This document shows, in pieces, positions 18,946-28,288 of a stretch of DNA of 54,769 bases. Source of the DNA: an uncultured Candidatus Saccharibacteria bacterium (lineage in GTDB: Bacteria; Patescibacteriota; Minisyncoccia; UBA6257; 2-01-FULL-56-20); NCBI GenBank assembly GCA_964365185.1, contig CAYIOP010000005.1:1-54769 (forward strand), read 5' to 3'. The notes below the pieces were generated by a model. It had not been told where the DNA came from. It did no database searches and saw nothing but the letters and a program-made list of their open reading frames with translations. The position numbers were made by a program, and so were the translations under genes. Each line of letters begins with the position of its first letter. Position 1 is the stretch's first letter.

Positions 18946-19461
18946 AATAAACCAATTTATTCGGTGATAGCGGCGGCAACGATTGACGGACGGATAGCGG
19001 CGCACGCGTGGCAATTTACCGGTTGGACCAGTAAAGAGGACAAGGATTTTTTGCATAAGATTTTGGACCAGAGTGACGTGGTTTTAGTGGGGAACAATAC
19101 TTATAAGACAGCGCGCGAGCCGCTTTCAAAACGGAATTGTGTGGTTTTAACTCGATCAGTGAGAGGAGTGGTTTTAAAAAGGGAGGGACTGGTTTATTTA
19201 AATCCTAAAAATGTAAATTTAAAAAGATATATAAAAGATAAAGGTTTTAAACGAGTGGTGGTTTTGGGCGGGACACAGACCTTCACTTATTTTTTAGAAA
19301 AAAGAATGATAGACGAGATTTATTTAACGATTGAACCCTTGGTTTTTGGTAAAGGGCTTAATTTATTTGAAACAAAAAAATCCAGAATTTGGAATTTTAA
19401 ATTGGTTTCAGTAAAACGACTGAATAAAAAAGGGAGTTTGCTTTTGCATTTCAAAGCATAA
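18946..19461 (+). CDS. Dihydrofolate reductase / RibD C-terminal family protein
   Basis: AATIDGRIA, VLVGNNTY, VLGG, IDEIYLTIEPLVFGKG. Confidence 0.9.
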   Translation, partial: NKPIYSVIAAATIDGRIAAHAWQFTGWTSKEDKDFLHKILDQSDVVLVGNNTYKTAREPLSKRNCVVLTRSVRGVVLKREGLVYLNPKNVNLKRYIKDKGFKRVVVLGGTQTFTYFLEKRMIDEIYLTIEPLVFGKGLNLFETKKSRIWNFKLVSVKRLNKKGSLLLHFKA

Positions 19462-19552
19462 TACTAATCTACGAATTTATACGAATGCTACAAATGGAAT
19501 GTGGTGCGGGGAAAACCCCGTAGGAAATAAAAAAGCGCCGGAGGCGCGGGTG

Positions 19553-19744
19553 AAAAAAGAGAAGACCTCGTCGACTTCAGGAGGTCTCCCCTACCCCTCA
19601 CTATAGGGGTGGTTCTCGGCTGAAGAGATGAATTCTGCGTAAAAATATTTATTGATCCTCATGTTTAACCCACGGGTTAAACTTAATGTTGGATCATAGT
19701 TTTTTTGATTATTAATCAGAATTTCTTGATCAGCTCAGAACCTA
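19553..19744 (-). ncRNA. Candidate ncRNA with 6S-like rod and terminator
   Basis: TTGACC-16-CATAAT (19777-19750); rod 19611-19742 with central AU-rich bubble; 3' hairpins then T-tract. Confidence 0.55.
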
Positions 19745-19814
19745 ATTTAATTATGGAAGGTGTCTTAACGGGGTCAAGGATTTTAGGGGATAGTTGGTGG
19801 ATAAGTTTTTACTC

Positions 19815-19947
19815 GTATTTTCATTTTTAGGAACCGCGTTTCAGTTCACTCCAGCGGCGAACTGTCCGCTGCTTCTCGGTGCTAAAAGTTACCTAAGGCG
19901 ACACCAAGCTTTTAGCGCCTCCGAAAGCTTCCTAAAAATGAAAATAC
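19815..19947. repeat. Structured intergenic element, copy 2
   Basis: 19-bp perfect terminal IR; GGAACC, TCCAGC loop (19850-19855), TGCTTCTC, ACCAAGC, CCGAAAGCTTCC. Confidence 0.75.
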
Positions 19948-20069
19948 TCGCTCTAGGGCAAAGATGTTATTAGAGATTTTGGAGAAAATAAAAAGAGCGA
20001 TAACGAGTGGATTATGAAGATTAATCGGTGGATAAGTTGGAAAAGGGTGGGGATATTTTTTTTCTAATT

Positions 20070-21911
20070 TTAGTGAGGAATAGGGATTTTTCTTATTCCA
20101 GTTTCGCCGCCTAAAAGAATGGTATTTATGGGTTTATTGACTTTAAACGAGAGAAGAAATTCTGGTGTTTTGGTAATTTTTTGCCATGTGTAGCCGCTGT
20201 CTTTTGATTCATATAAATAATTAAAACTTATTGCAAAGAGATGCTTATTATTGGATGGCAGCCATTGAATATCAGAGGCAATTAAAAATCCGACTATTTT
20301 TTTCGCCCACGTTTTTCCAAAATCCTTGCTAATATAGGCCAAATCATCACTTTCTCCGCTTTCTCGGTATTTTATATATATTATTTCATCGTTTATAAAT
20401 TCTACATCAAAATTAACTGAGGTTATTTGTTTACTTGAGTCATAAATTTTTTCCCAAGTTATTCCTTTGTTTAGTGAGGCGTATATTTCTGATGAGCAAT
20501 GCGCGACTTGTTTTGCATCTTTTTTGTATATTATTGAGCATTGTTTTGCGGGCTGGTTATTCGCGTCTAATATTTTAAGTTCATCATTTTCAATTTTAGT
20601 CCAGGTTTTCCCGTCGTCATTTGATTTATATTTATTTTTTTCATAAACAGGGGGCACTAATTTTTTAGTTGTTGTGGAAAAATAACCAGGTATTTCATTG
20701 GTTGTGATGGCTATGACTTTTTTTCCTTTACTATCAAGCTCAATGTTTGAAACAGGTAGAGAGTCGATAATGAGAGGTTTCCAGTTCACTCCGCCGTTTT
20801 TGCTTTCAATCATCACATTATAAAATCCACTTGCTCCGCCGAAACCAAAAATGTGATTTGAATCAACCGGATCAATTAGAAGCCATTTGAAATCTTGCTG
20901 GAAAACATCACTAGTATTTATTTCTACTCTTTGCCAGTTAATTCCGCCATCCATACTTTTATAAAGACAATCTTCTCGGACTGTGGCGTAAATTTCTTTG
21001 GGGTTGCTGGGTGCTACAGAAATTAGCCAGACTGTTTTGTCGGGTATTTCTTGAGTATAATCCTGATAATTCAATTTTTCTTTATCCCAGCCAAATTCAC
21101 CACTGATATATTCTTTAGGTAGATCTTGGCAAGTTTTTATCTTCTTCCCTTCTGCCATCACACCTTCCGTATAGGCGAGCATATCTTCAACAGAGTTTAT
21201 TTTTTGCCAAGTTTGATTGTCAGCCGATTTTTTATAAAGACATGATTCGCCACCAAAAAGATTGCCGGCGAGACCGTAACCGGGGACTATAAATTCATAA
21301 ACAGTGCTTGTTGAAGGAACTGTGCTACTAGTGATTGCAATTATTGGAGCAGTGTCAGGAAAATTTTTGCAACCAGAAATGAATTCTTCAAATGCTCGTT
21401 GAGCTTGATTTCGGGTCGTGGTTTTAAAGTTTTCAATATCTTGTTCGGTTGAGGTTGGATTCTGAGTTTTATAGAGAGCTACTGCCTCATTTATTTTTTG
21501 TTCGAGTAAACTTTGGGGTTTCTGTTTTGTGGCAGTGGCTGGTTGTTCGATTTTGGGAGCAAAGAACCAAAGTTTTTGGGTGTAGGCATAGGCGGTGGCG
21601 CCCGCGATAACTAAAACGGCTATTCCAGAAATTATAATAATCGGGAGTTTGGATTTTTTGATAATTGGCTTACTGATTTCAATCGGCGAAGAATTATAAA
21701 ACGAAGCGGGATTTATTTTTTGTGTTTGAACTGGAGTTTGGATTGAGGGCGAAGTTGATTTTTGGGGTAGAGAATTGTTGATTTCGGTAAAGCCGGCGTT
21801 AATATCTTCTGCTTGCCAGCCGATCGCGAGGAGTTTTTCTTTTATTTGATTTTCGGTAAAGCCCTGACTTAGGGTTTGTTTGATATAGTCGAGGAGTTCT
21901 TTTGGCGCCAT
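20070..21911 (-). CDS. Membrane-anchored BNR/Asp-box beta-propeller protein
   Basis: Repeated SxDGGxxW boxes; one TM; N-terminal module shared with 39638-41422. Confidence 0.85.
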   Translation of the reverse strand: MAPKELLDYIKQTLSQGFTENQIKEKLLAIGWQAEDINAGFTEINNSLPQKSTSPSIQTPVQTQKINPASFYNSSPIEISKPIIKKSKLPIIIISGIAVLVIAGATAYAYTQKLWFFAPKIEQPATATKQKPQSLLEQKINEAVALYKTQNPTSTEQDIENFKTTTRNQAQRAFEEFISGCKNFPDTAPIIAITSSTVPSTSTVYEFIVPGYGLAGNLFGGESCLYKKSADNQTWQKINSVEDMLAYTEGVMAEGKKIKTCQDLPKEYISGEFGWDKEKLNYQDYTQEIPDKTVWLISVAPSNPKEIYATVREDCLYKSMDGGINWQRVEINTSDVFQQDFKWLLIDPVDSNHIFGFGGASGFYNVMIESKNGGVNWKPLIIDSLPVSNIELDSKGKKVIAITTNEIPGYFSTTTKKLVPPVYEKNKYKSNDDGKTWTKIENDELKILDANNQPAKQCSIIYKKDAKQVAHCSSEIYASLNKGITWEKIYDSSKQITSVNFDVEFINDEIIYIKYRESGESDDLAYISKDFGKTWAKKIVGFLIASDIQWLPSNNKHLFAISFNYLYESKDSGYTWQKITKTPEFLLSFKVNKPINTILLGGETGIRKIPIPH

Positions 21912-22131
21912 TTGCTTTTGATTATAACATAAGAAAATGCTTTGATTAAAATAGTTAAATTGTAAATTTTATAGGAAAGGATGGATTGAGTTATGAAAGA
22001 TTTTAGTCCAAGACAGGAGCAGCTGGCTTTAAGGATGATTAAAGAGGATGTGGTTCAGTGATTTTTTTTGACAAAATTTTTTAATTAAGGAAATATAAAA
22101 GAGGTTCATCTATAAATTTATAAGAAGGAAG

Positions 22132-22500
22132 GTGGATTTGGCGACACATCCAGGAAAAATGAAGCTGGCTAGTTCTTTGTTTCGAGAAATCATCACGGCT
22201 TTTGGAGAGGATTTTGTGGTGCCGACGATTGTGGGTTTAGTGACTACTCGATGGGTAAAAGTCAGTCCCGAAATAAAATCGGCATATCGCAAAAAAGCTG
22301 AGATTCTCTGGAATCGAGGAACTTTAGGGTGGAAAGATGGAAAATGTAGAGCTATTCATTTTAGAGTGAAGAGGGCTGAAGATAAAAAAAAGACCTCAGT
22401 GAAGAGAGCTGTTTTGCTAAACACTTTTAACGTTCAGAATTTATCGGTTATACATGGACCGAAATTGGTGAGACAAATTAACAGGATGATTAATTCCTAA
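22132..22500 (+). CDS. Hypothetical basic protein
   Basis: 122-codon ORF, purine-rich upstream, TTGACA near 22068; no recognised motif. Confidence 0.45.
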   Translation: MDLATHPGKMKLASSLFREIITAFGEDFVVPTIVGLVTTRWVKVSPEIKSAYRKKAEILWNRGTLGWKDGKCRAIHFRVKRAEDKKKTSVKRAVLLNTFNVQNLSVIHGPKLVRQINRMINS

Positions 22501-22515
22501 TTCAACGGAGGTTTT

Positions 22516-22641
22516 ATGAGACAAGAAATTAGAAGAGGAGTTGGGGGGGGCAGAAGCGGTCGCGACTTCGTAAGAGACGTTGTTGGCAAGATAAAGAAAC
22601 ACGTCTTCGGATTGAAGCACAGAGTAGGGGAATTTCGGTAA
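22516..22641 (+). CDS. Small Arg/Gly-rich peptide, 41 aa (not in the ORF track)
   Basis: GGAGG SD at 22507-22511; MRQEIRRGVGGGRSGRDFVRDVVGKIKKHVFGLKHRVGEFR. Confidence 0.45.
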   Translation: MRQEIRRGVGGGRSGRDFVRDVVGKIKKHVFGLKHRVGEFR

Positions 22642-22803
22642 TGACACTTGTCGCGGTTAAACAGATTGAAGTGAATCGATATGGTGGTGGTAGGGGAAAA
22701 ATTGTTTACTGCGAGCGCGGCTACCGCTCCCGAGAAGTTGATCCATCTTTCGTAGCTAGATTAGTATCTTTAGAGATATAACTAATCTTTGTGAGTTATT
22801 TAT

Positions 22804-22839
22804 AGGAGCTTGTTTATTTATTAGGCGAGCTCCTTTTTT
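22804..22839 (+). terminator. Intrinsic terminator
   Basis: AGGAGCTTGTTTA..TAGGCGAGCTCCT followed by a T-tract. Confidence 0.65.
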
Positions 22840-22848
22840 ATATTAAAA

Positions 22849-23286
22849 TTATTTTTCTTTTTGGATTTCTTTTTGGTGTTCTCGTTTTTTTAGGTATTCC
22901 CGTTTATCGTGTTTTTTACGGCTGCGGCAAAGGCCGAGTTCGAGTTTGATTAGATTTTTTTTAAGATGAGTGTTTAGCGGGATTAAAGAAAGGCCTTTTT
23001 CTTGGAGTCGGCCGGTTAGATTTTTGATTTCAGCGTGGCGTAAGAGTAGGCGGCGAGTGCGGCTAGGGTCATATTCCGCGGGCGTGTTTTTGGGTTGGTA
23101 GGGCGGGATGTCGGCGCCTAAAAGCAAGGCCTGATTGTTTTTGATAAGGCAGTGGCTGCCGGTTAAATTCATCCGGCCGGATTTTACGCTTTTGACCTCG
23201 TGGCCCAAAAGCTCAATGCCGGATTCAAATTTTTCCAGGACTTCGTAGTCGAATTTGGCGCGGCGATTTTCGGATAAGGATTTCAT
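22849..23286 (-). CDS. smpB: SsrA-binding protein
   Basis: NRRAKFDY, GIELLGHEVKS, RTRRLLL, KKHDKRE. Confidence 0.97.
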   Translation of the reverse strand: MKSLSENRRAKFDYEVLEKFESGIELLGHEVKSVKSGRMNLTGSHCLIKNNQALLLGADIPPYQPKNTPAEYDPSRTRRLLLRHAEIKNLTGRLQEKGLSLIPLNTHLKKNLIKLELGLCRSRKKHDKREYLKKREHQKEIQKEK

Positions 23287-23359
23287 TTTTTTGATTTTAG
23301 CATATGTATTCACTAATCTGCGAATTTAAAGTAATATACGAATATTCGTTAATTTTCTT

Positions 23360-26300
23360 ATGTTTTTAAAGGACTTAAAAGAATTTAATTTATCCAAAGT
23401 CGAGGAGAAGGTTTTGGATTTTTGGAAGAAAAATAAGATTTTCGAAAAATCGCTAGATGTAGATTCACGCGGAGATAAAAAACTTAGAGGTGGGTTAAGG
23501 CGGAAGAATTCGCCCTACTTCGCTAAAGCTGCGAAGGGCAAAAAACATTTCACGTTTTTTGAGGGGCCGCCGACGGCTAATGGACGACCGGGAATTCATC
23601 ATGTTTTGGCGCGAGCTTTTAAGGATGTAATGCCGCGGTATAAGACCATGCGGGGGTATCTCTCGCCTCGGCGGGCGGGATGGGACACGCACGGCTTGCC
23701 AGTTGAAATTGAAGTGGAAAAAGAGTTGGGTTTGAAATCAAAAAAAGACATCGAGAAATACGGCATTGCGGCGTTTAACAAAAAATGTCGAGAGTCGGTT
23801 TGGAAATATAAGGATGAGTGGGAAAGGTTAACCGAGCGGATGGGTTTTTGGCTGGACCTTAAAAACCCCTATATCACTTACGAGAAAAATTATATTGAGA
23901 CCTTGTGGTGGATTATAAAGCAAATCGCAAATCGTAAATTGCTCTACAAGGGACATCGGGTGGCGCCGTGGTGTCCGCGTTGCGGAACAGCGCTTTCGTC
24001 CCATGAATTAGCTTTGGGATACGAAACAGTCGAAGATAATTCGGTGTACATTAAATTTAAACTAAAAGCTAAAAGCGAAAAGCTAAAAGTTTTTAATTCT
24101 ATAAAAGGAGACATTTATATTCTTTCATGGACAACAACGCCGTGGACTTTGCCCGGAAATGTGGCACTCGCGGTGGGAGAGAAAATTGATTATGTTTTAG
24201 TTGAAGTTGATAAAGATATTTTTATTTTAGCTAAAGAAAGATTGGAATCGGTCGGGATTCAAGGAAAAATTATTAAAGAGATTAAGGGTAAAGATTTGGT
24301 GGGTTTGGAGTATGAGCCATTATTTCCTATTCCGGCGCTTCGGAATAAAGCCAGCCATAAAATTTACTTGGCGGATTTTGTGACCACCACTGATGGCACA
24401 GGCGTGGTGCACACAGCAGTGATGTATGGCGAAGACGACTATAATTTGGGCATGAAAGTAGGATTGCCAAAACATCACACGGTAGATGAGCAGGGAAAAT
24501 TCAAAAGCGAGGTTAAAGGTTTGGCCGGACTTTTTGTTAAGTCAAAGCAGACTGAGGATAAAATTTTTGCATATTTAGAAAAGAATAAGAATTTATTGAA
24601 GATAGAAAAATATTCTCATGAATATCCTTTTTGTTGGCGGTGTAAGACGCCTTTGCTTTATTACGCGCGAGAGTCGTGGTTTGTGGCGATGTCGAAATTA
24701 AAAAAGCAACTTTTAGAGAGTAACAATAAGATTAACTGGATACCGGAGCATATGAAGAATGGGCGGTTCGGCGAGTGGTTGAAAGATGCAAAGGATTGGA
24801 ATTTTTCTCGCGAGCGGTATTGGGGAACGCCCTTGCCGATTTGGGAGTGTAAAAAGTGCGGAGAGAGGGAAGTAATTGGAAGTTTGGAGGAGTTGGATAA
24901 GAAAGCGGGTGAGACAAAAAATAAATATTGGGTGATGCGGCATGGAGAGAGCGAAATACAACTTCTAAAGATAATTGATTCTGGAGAAGGAAAGTATCAT
25001 TTGACTGATAAAGGTAAGGATCAAGTTAAGAAGGCCGCGTTAGATTTAAGGAAAAATGAAATTGATTTGATTTTTCACTCTCCGGTTTTAAGAGCTAGAG
25101 AAACAGCTCAAATTGTTGCAAAAGTTTTAGGTAAGAAGGTGGTGGCGGATAAAAGAATAGCGGAGATTAATCTGCCAACTTTTTCAGGTAAGCCATCAAA
25201 AGATTTTTGGAAGATATTTCCGACTTATCAGGAAAGATTTGAGAAGAATCCGGAACGGGGAGAATCTCTTCGGGTATTAAGGGAGAGAGTTTGGAATTTT
25301 ATTAAGGATTTAGAGAGAAGATTTAAAAATAAGAGGATTTTATTGGTTACTCATGGAGATCCGGCATTTATGTTAAGTCAGATAGCGAATGGTTGGCCGG
25401 AAAAAGATTTACATGAAACAGCGGAAAATTATTTTAAAGTTGGAGAAGTAAAAGAGGTGGTATTTAGGCAAATTCCTAGGGACGAAACAGGAGAAGTGAA
25501 TTTGCATCGGCCGTATGTGGATGAAATTCATTTGAAATGCGGCAAGTGTAAGGGTGAGATGAGACGGATTAAAGAGCTTTGTGATGTATGGTTTGATTCT
25601 GGGGCGATGCCGTTCGCGCAAGGCCACTTTCCGTTTGCGCTAGCAAAGAGCAAAGAGCAAATAGCATCGCGTAAATTACAAGATAGCAATTCGCCATTGG
25701 CGATTCGCGATTTGCTTTATTCCGCTGACTACATTTGCGAGGCGGTGGATCAGACGCGGGGATGGTTTTATACCATGCTCGCGGTTTCTGTGGCGTTGGG
25801 GTATGAGGCGCCGTATAAAAATGTGATCTCCTTGGGGCATATCTTGGATAAAAATGGACAGAAGATGTCGAAGTCAAAAGGAAATGTGGTTGACCCGTGG
25901 GTAATGGCCGAGAAATATGGCATGGATGCGGTGCGGTGGTATTTTTATACCGCTACGCCGCCCGGGGAGCCGAGAAATTTTGATGAGGCTGAGATTTTAA
26001 AAACGTATCGGAGGTTTCATTTGATTTTGTGGAATTCGTTTTTGTTTTATCAAACATACGCAGATAAACGTGGATCTTTTCGAAATGTAGAAGCGGATAG
26101 GCGCGGAAAAATTCAACTTGGTTCGGTATTGGATGAGTGGATAGTTGCGAGATTAGATGAGACAATTCAAAAAACAACGAAGGCGATGGATAAATACGAT
26201 ATACGCGCGGCAGCTTTAGAAATTGAAAAATTAGGGGATGATTTGTCGAGGTGGTATATTCGGCGGTCGCGGCGGCGGCTTCAAAAGCCGGAGAATAAAA

Positions 26301-27052
26301 AAGATTATGAGGATTGTTCAAGAACTTTAGGTTTTGTTTTACTTCAGATTTCAAAATTGATGGCGCCGTTTAATCCATTTTTTAGCGAATTGCTTTATGA
26401 GCAATTACGTGGAGAAGCGCGGAATTTGGAGTCAGTGCATTTGGAGGAGTGGCCAAAATCGCAAATCGCAAATCGCTCCGCCGGAGGCCAATCCTCCCTT
26501 GGAAGAAAATCGCAAATCATAAAACAGATGGAGGAGGTGAGACGACTGGCGGCGTTGGGACTAGCAAAGAGGGCGGAGGCAGGGATTAAAGTGAGACAGC
26601 CATTAGCAACGCTTCGCGTTGCGGCAAATCGCTCCGCCGGAGGCCGATCCTCCTCTGGAGGAAAATCGCAAATCGCAAATAATCGACAATTATTGGATAT
26701 TCTGGCGGAGGAGGTGAATGTTAAAAGGGTGGTGGCGGATAATAAAATTTCCGGAGAAGTGGAACTGGATACAAATATTACATCTGAATTGAAAGAGGAG
26801 GGAATAGTACGGGAATTTATTCGAGCGATTCAAGAATTAAGAGGGAAGGCGAGTTTGAGCTCGAATGATGCGATTGTTGTAATGTTGGAATTGTTGGAGG
26901 GATTAAAAACAATAATTCAGAAAAACGAGAGTTGGTTTAAAAAAGAAGTGGGGGCGAAGAGGGTGGAGTATAAAAAATCAGCCAAGTTTTTAGCGGAGAT
27001 TGAGACGAAAATTGATGGAGAAGGGGTTTGGATAGGAATTAAAAGGTTATAG
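23360..27052 (+). CDS. ileS: Isoleucine--tRNA ligase (type 2) with inserted histidine-phosphatase domain
   Basis: EGPPTANG..GIHH, GWDTHGLP, WTTTPWTLP, DQTRGWFY, KMSKS; insert RHGESE..VTHGD. Confidence 0.97.
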   Translation: MFLKDLKEFNLSKVEEKVLDFWKKNKIFEKSLDVDSRGDKKLRGGLRRKNSPYFAKAAKGKKHFTFFEGPPTANGRPGIHHVLARAFKDVMPRYKTMRGYLSPRRAGWDTHGLPVEIEVEKELGLKSKKDIEKYGIAAFNKKCRESVWKYKDEWERLTERMGFWLDLKNPYITYEKNYIETLWWIIKQIANRKLLYKGHRVAPWCPRCGTALSSHELALGYETVEDNSVYIKFKLKAKSEKLKVFNSIKGDIYILSWTTTPWTLPGNVALAVGEKIDYVLVEVDKDIFILAKERLESVGIQGKIIKEIKGKDLVGLEYEPLFPIPALRNKASHKIYLADFVTTTDGTGVVHTAVMYGEDDYNLGMKVGLPKHHTVDEQGKFKSEVKGLAGLFVKSKQTEDKIFAYLEKNKNLLKIEKYSHEYPFCWRCKTPLLYYARESWFVAMSKLKKQLLESNNKINWIPEHMKNGRFGEWLKDAKDWNFSRERYWGTPLPIWECKKCGEREVIGSLEELDKKAGETKNKYWVMRHGESEIQLLKIIDSGEGKYHLTDKGKDQVKKAALDLRKNEIDLIFHSPVLRARETAQIVAKVLGKKVVADKRIAEINLPTFSGKPSKDFWKIFPTYQERFEKNPERGESLRVLRERVWNFIKDLERRFKNKRILLVTHGDPAFMLSQIANGWPEKDLHETAENYFKVGEVKEVVFRQIPRDETGEVNLHRPYVDEIHLKCGKCKGEMRRIKELCDVWFDSGAMPFAQGHFPFALAKSKEQIASRKLQDSNSPLAIRDLLYSADYICEAVDQTRGWFYTMLAVSVALGYEAPYKNVISLGHILDKNGQKMSKSKGNVVDPWVMAEKYGMDAVRWYFYTATPPGEPRNFDEAEILKTYRRFHLILWNSFLFYQTYADKRGSFRNVEADRRGKIQLGSVLDEWIVARLDETIQKTTKAMDKYDIRAAALEIEKLGDDLSRWYIRRSRRRLQKPENKKDYEDCSRTLGFVLLQISKLMAPFNPFFSELLYEQLRGEARNLESVHLEEWPKSQIANRSAGGQSSLGRKSQIIKQMEEVRRLAALGLAKRAEAGIKVRQPLATLRVAANRSAGGRSSSGGKSQIANNRQLLDILAEEVNVKRVVADNKISGEVELDTNITSELKEEGIVREFIRAIQELRGKASLSSNDAIVVMLELLEGLKTIIQKNESWFKKEVGAKRVEYKKSAKFLAEIETKIDGEGVWIGIKRL

Positions 27053-27105
27053 AGATATAGTGGGAATACGGTGGAGATACAATAGAAATTATCAAAAGAT
27101 AGAGC

Positions 27106-28149
27106 TTAAGAGAGCCCGATTCTCTTTTTAACTTCGGAGATTTTTTTGGAGGAGATTTTTCTTGCGAGATTGGAGCCGGAATTAAGAATAGTTTTTAGGT
27201 GAGAGGTGTTAGTTTTTAGGTTTTGTTTTGTTTGGCGGTAGGGGGCGAGGTGGTTGACGATGAGTTTGGCGAGAGAGGATTTGAATTCGGCGTAAGTTTT
27301 GCCGTGAAATTGTTTTTCAAGTTTTGGAATTCCATCTTCGGAGAGTGAGGCGTAGATTTTTAATAAATTAGAAATCGCGGGCTTGGATTCAGGATGATAT
27401 TTGATTTCCTTATCAGAGTCGGTGACCGCTTTCATGATTTTAGATTTGATGGTTTCTGGCGAGTCATCCAAAAATAGACAAGTGGCAGGTTCGGACTTAG
27501 ACATTTTTTTACTAGGGTTGCCTACGCTCATCAGGCGGGGAGTTTCGGTGTGGAGTGATTTTGGTTCAACAAAAGTTTTTCCAAAGTTTTGATTGAATTT
27601 TCTAGCTAAGGTTCTAGTGAATTCCAGGTGTTGGTCTTGGTCGTTGCCAACTGGCACAAATTTGGCGTCGTAGAGTAGAATGTCGGCGGCCATAAGAGTC
27701 GGATAGGTGAAAAGGCCGACGTTAACTTTTTCGGCGCCAGCGTCGCTTTTTTGGCGCATAAATTCATGGAAGAGCTTGTCGCTTGGTTCTTTAGTGTGCC
27801 GCTCGGTTTTGTCTTTAAATTGGGTCATGCGACGCAACTCTCCCATTGGAGTTAAGGTGTTTAAAATCCATGCCAGTTCGGAATGAGCGGAGATTTGGGA
27901 CTGCTGGAAAATAACAGATTTTTTGGGATTAAGCCCGGCGGCCAGATAATCAGACGTGAGTTCCAAGATCTGTCTTTGTTTTTCTTTAGGAGTGAAAGGT
28001 TCGGTTAAGGAGTGTAGGTCGGCGATGAAAAAATAGCAGGCATACTTGTTTGAGTTTTGAAGGTCAACAAAATTTTTTAAAGCGCCCAAGTAGTTGCCGA
28101 GATGAAGTTTTCCGCTGGGTTGGATACCGGAAATTAGTAAGGGTTTCAT
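27106..28149 (-). CDS. trpS: Tryptophan--tRNA ligase
   Basis: SGIQPSGKLHLGNY, YPTLMAADIL, VPVGNDQ, KMSKS. Confidence 0.98.
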   Translation of the reverse strand: MKPLLISGIQPSGKLHLGNYLGALKNFVDLQNSNKYACYFFIADLHSLTEPFTPKEKQRQILELTSDYLAAGLNPKKSVIFQQSQISAHSELAWILNTLTPMGELRRMTQFKDKTERHTKEPSDKLFHEFMRQKSDAGAEKVNVGLFTYPTLMAADILLYDAKFVPVGNDQDQHLEFTRTLARKFNQNFGKTFVEPKSLHTETPRLMSVGNPSKKMSKSEPATCLFLDDSPETIKSKIMKAVTDSDKEIKYHPESKPAISNLLKIYASLSEDGIPKLEKQFHGKTYAEFKSSLAKLIVNHLAPYRQTKQNLKTNTSHLKTILNSGSNLARKISSKKISEVKKRIGLS

Positions 28150-28288
28150 GAATTAATTGTTCTAATTACTCTAATTAACCTAATTATTCTAATCAATACC
28201 CAATATTAAAATTAAAAAATTAAACTTTTTATTTTTGGGATTTGTTTAGGTTAATTAGAATAATTAGAAATTAGTCATTGCGCTGTTG

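Noticed and set aside
19796-20038. Replication origin
   Set aside because: Only two imperfect DnaA-like boxes, no dnaA nearby and no visible skew switch
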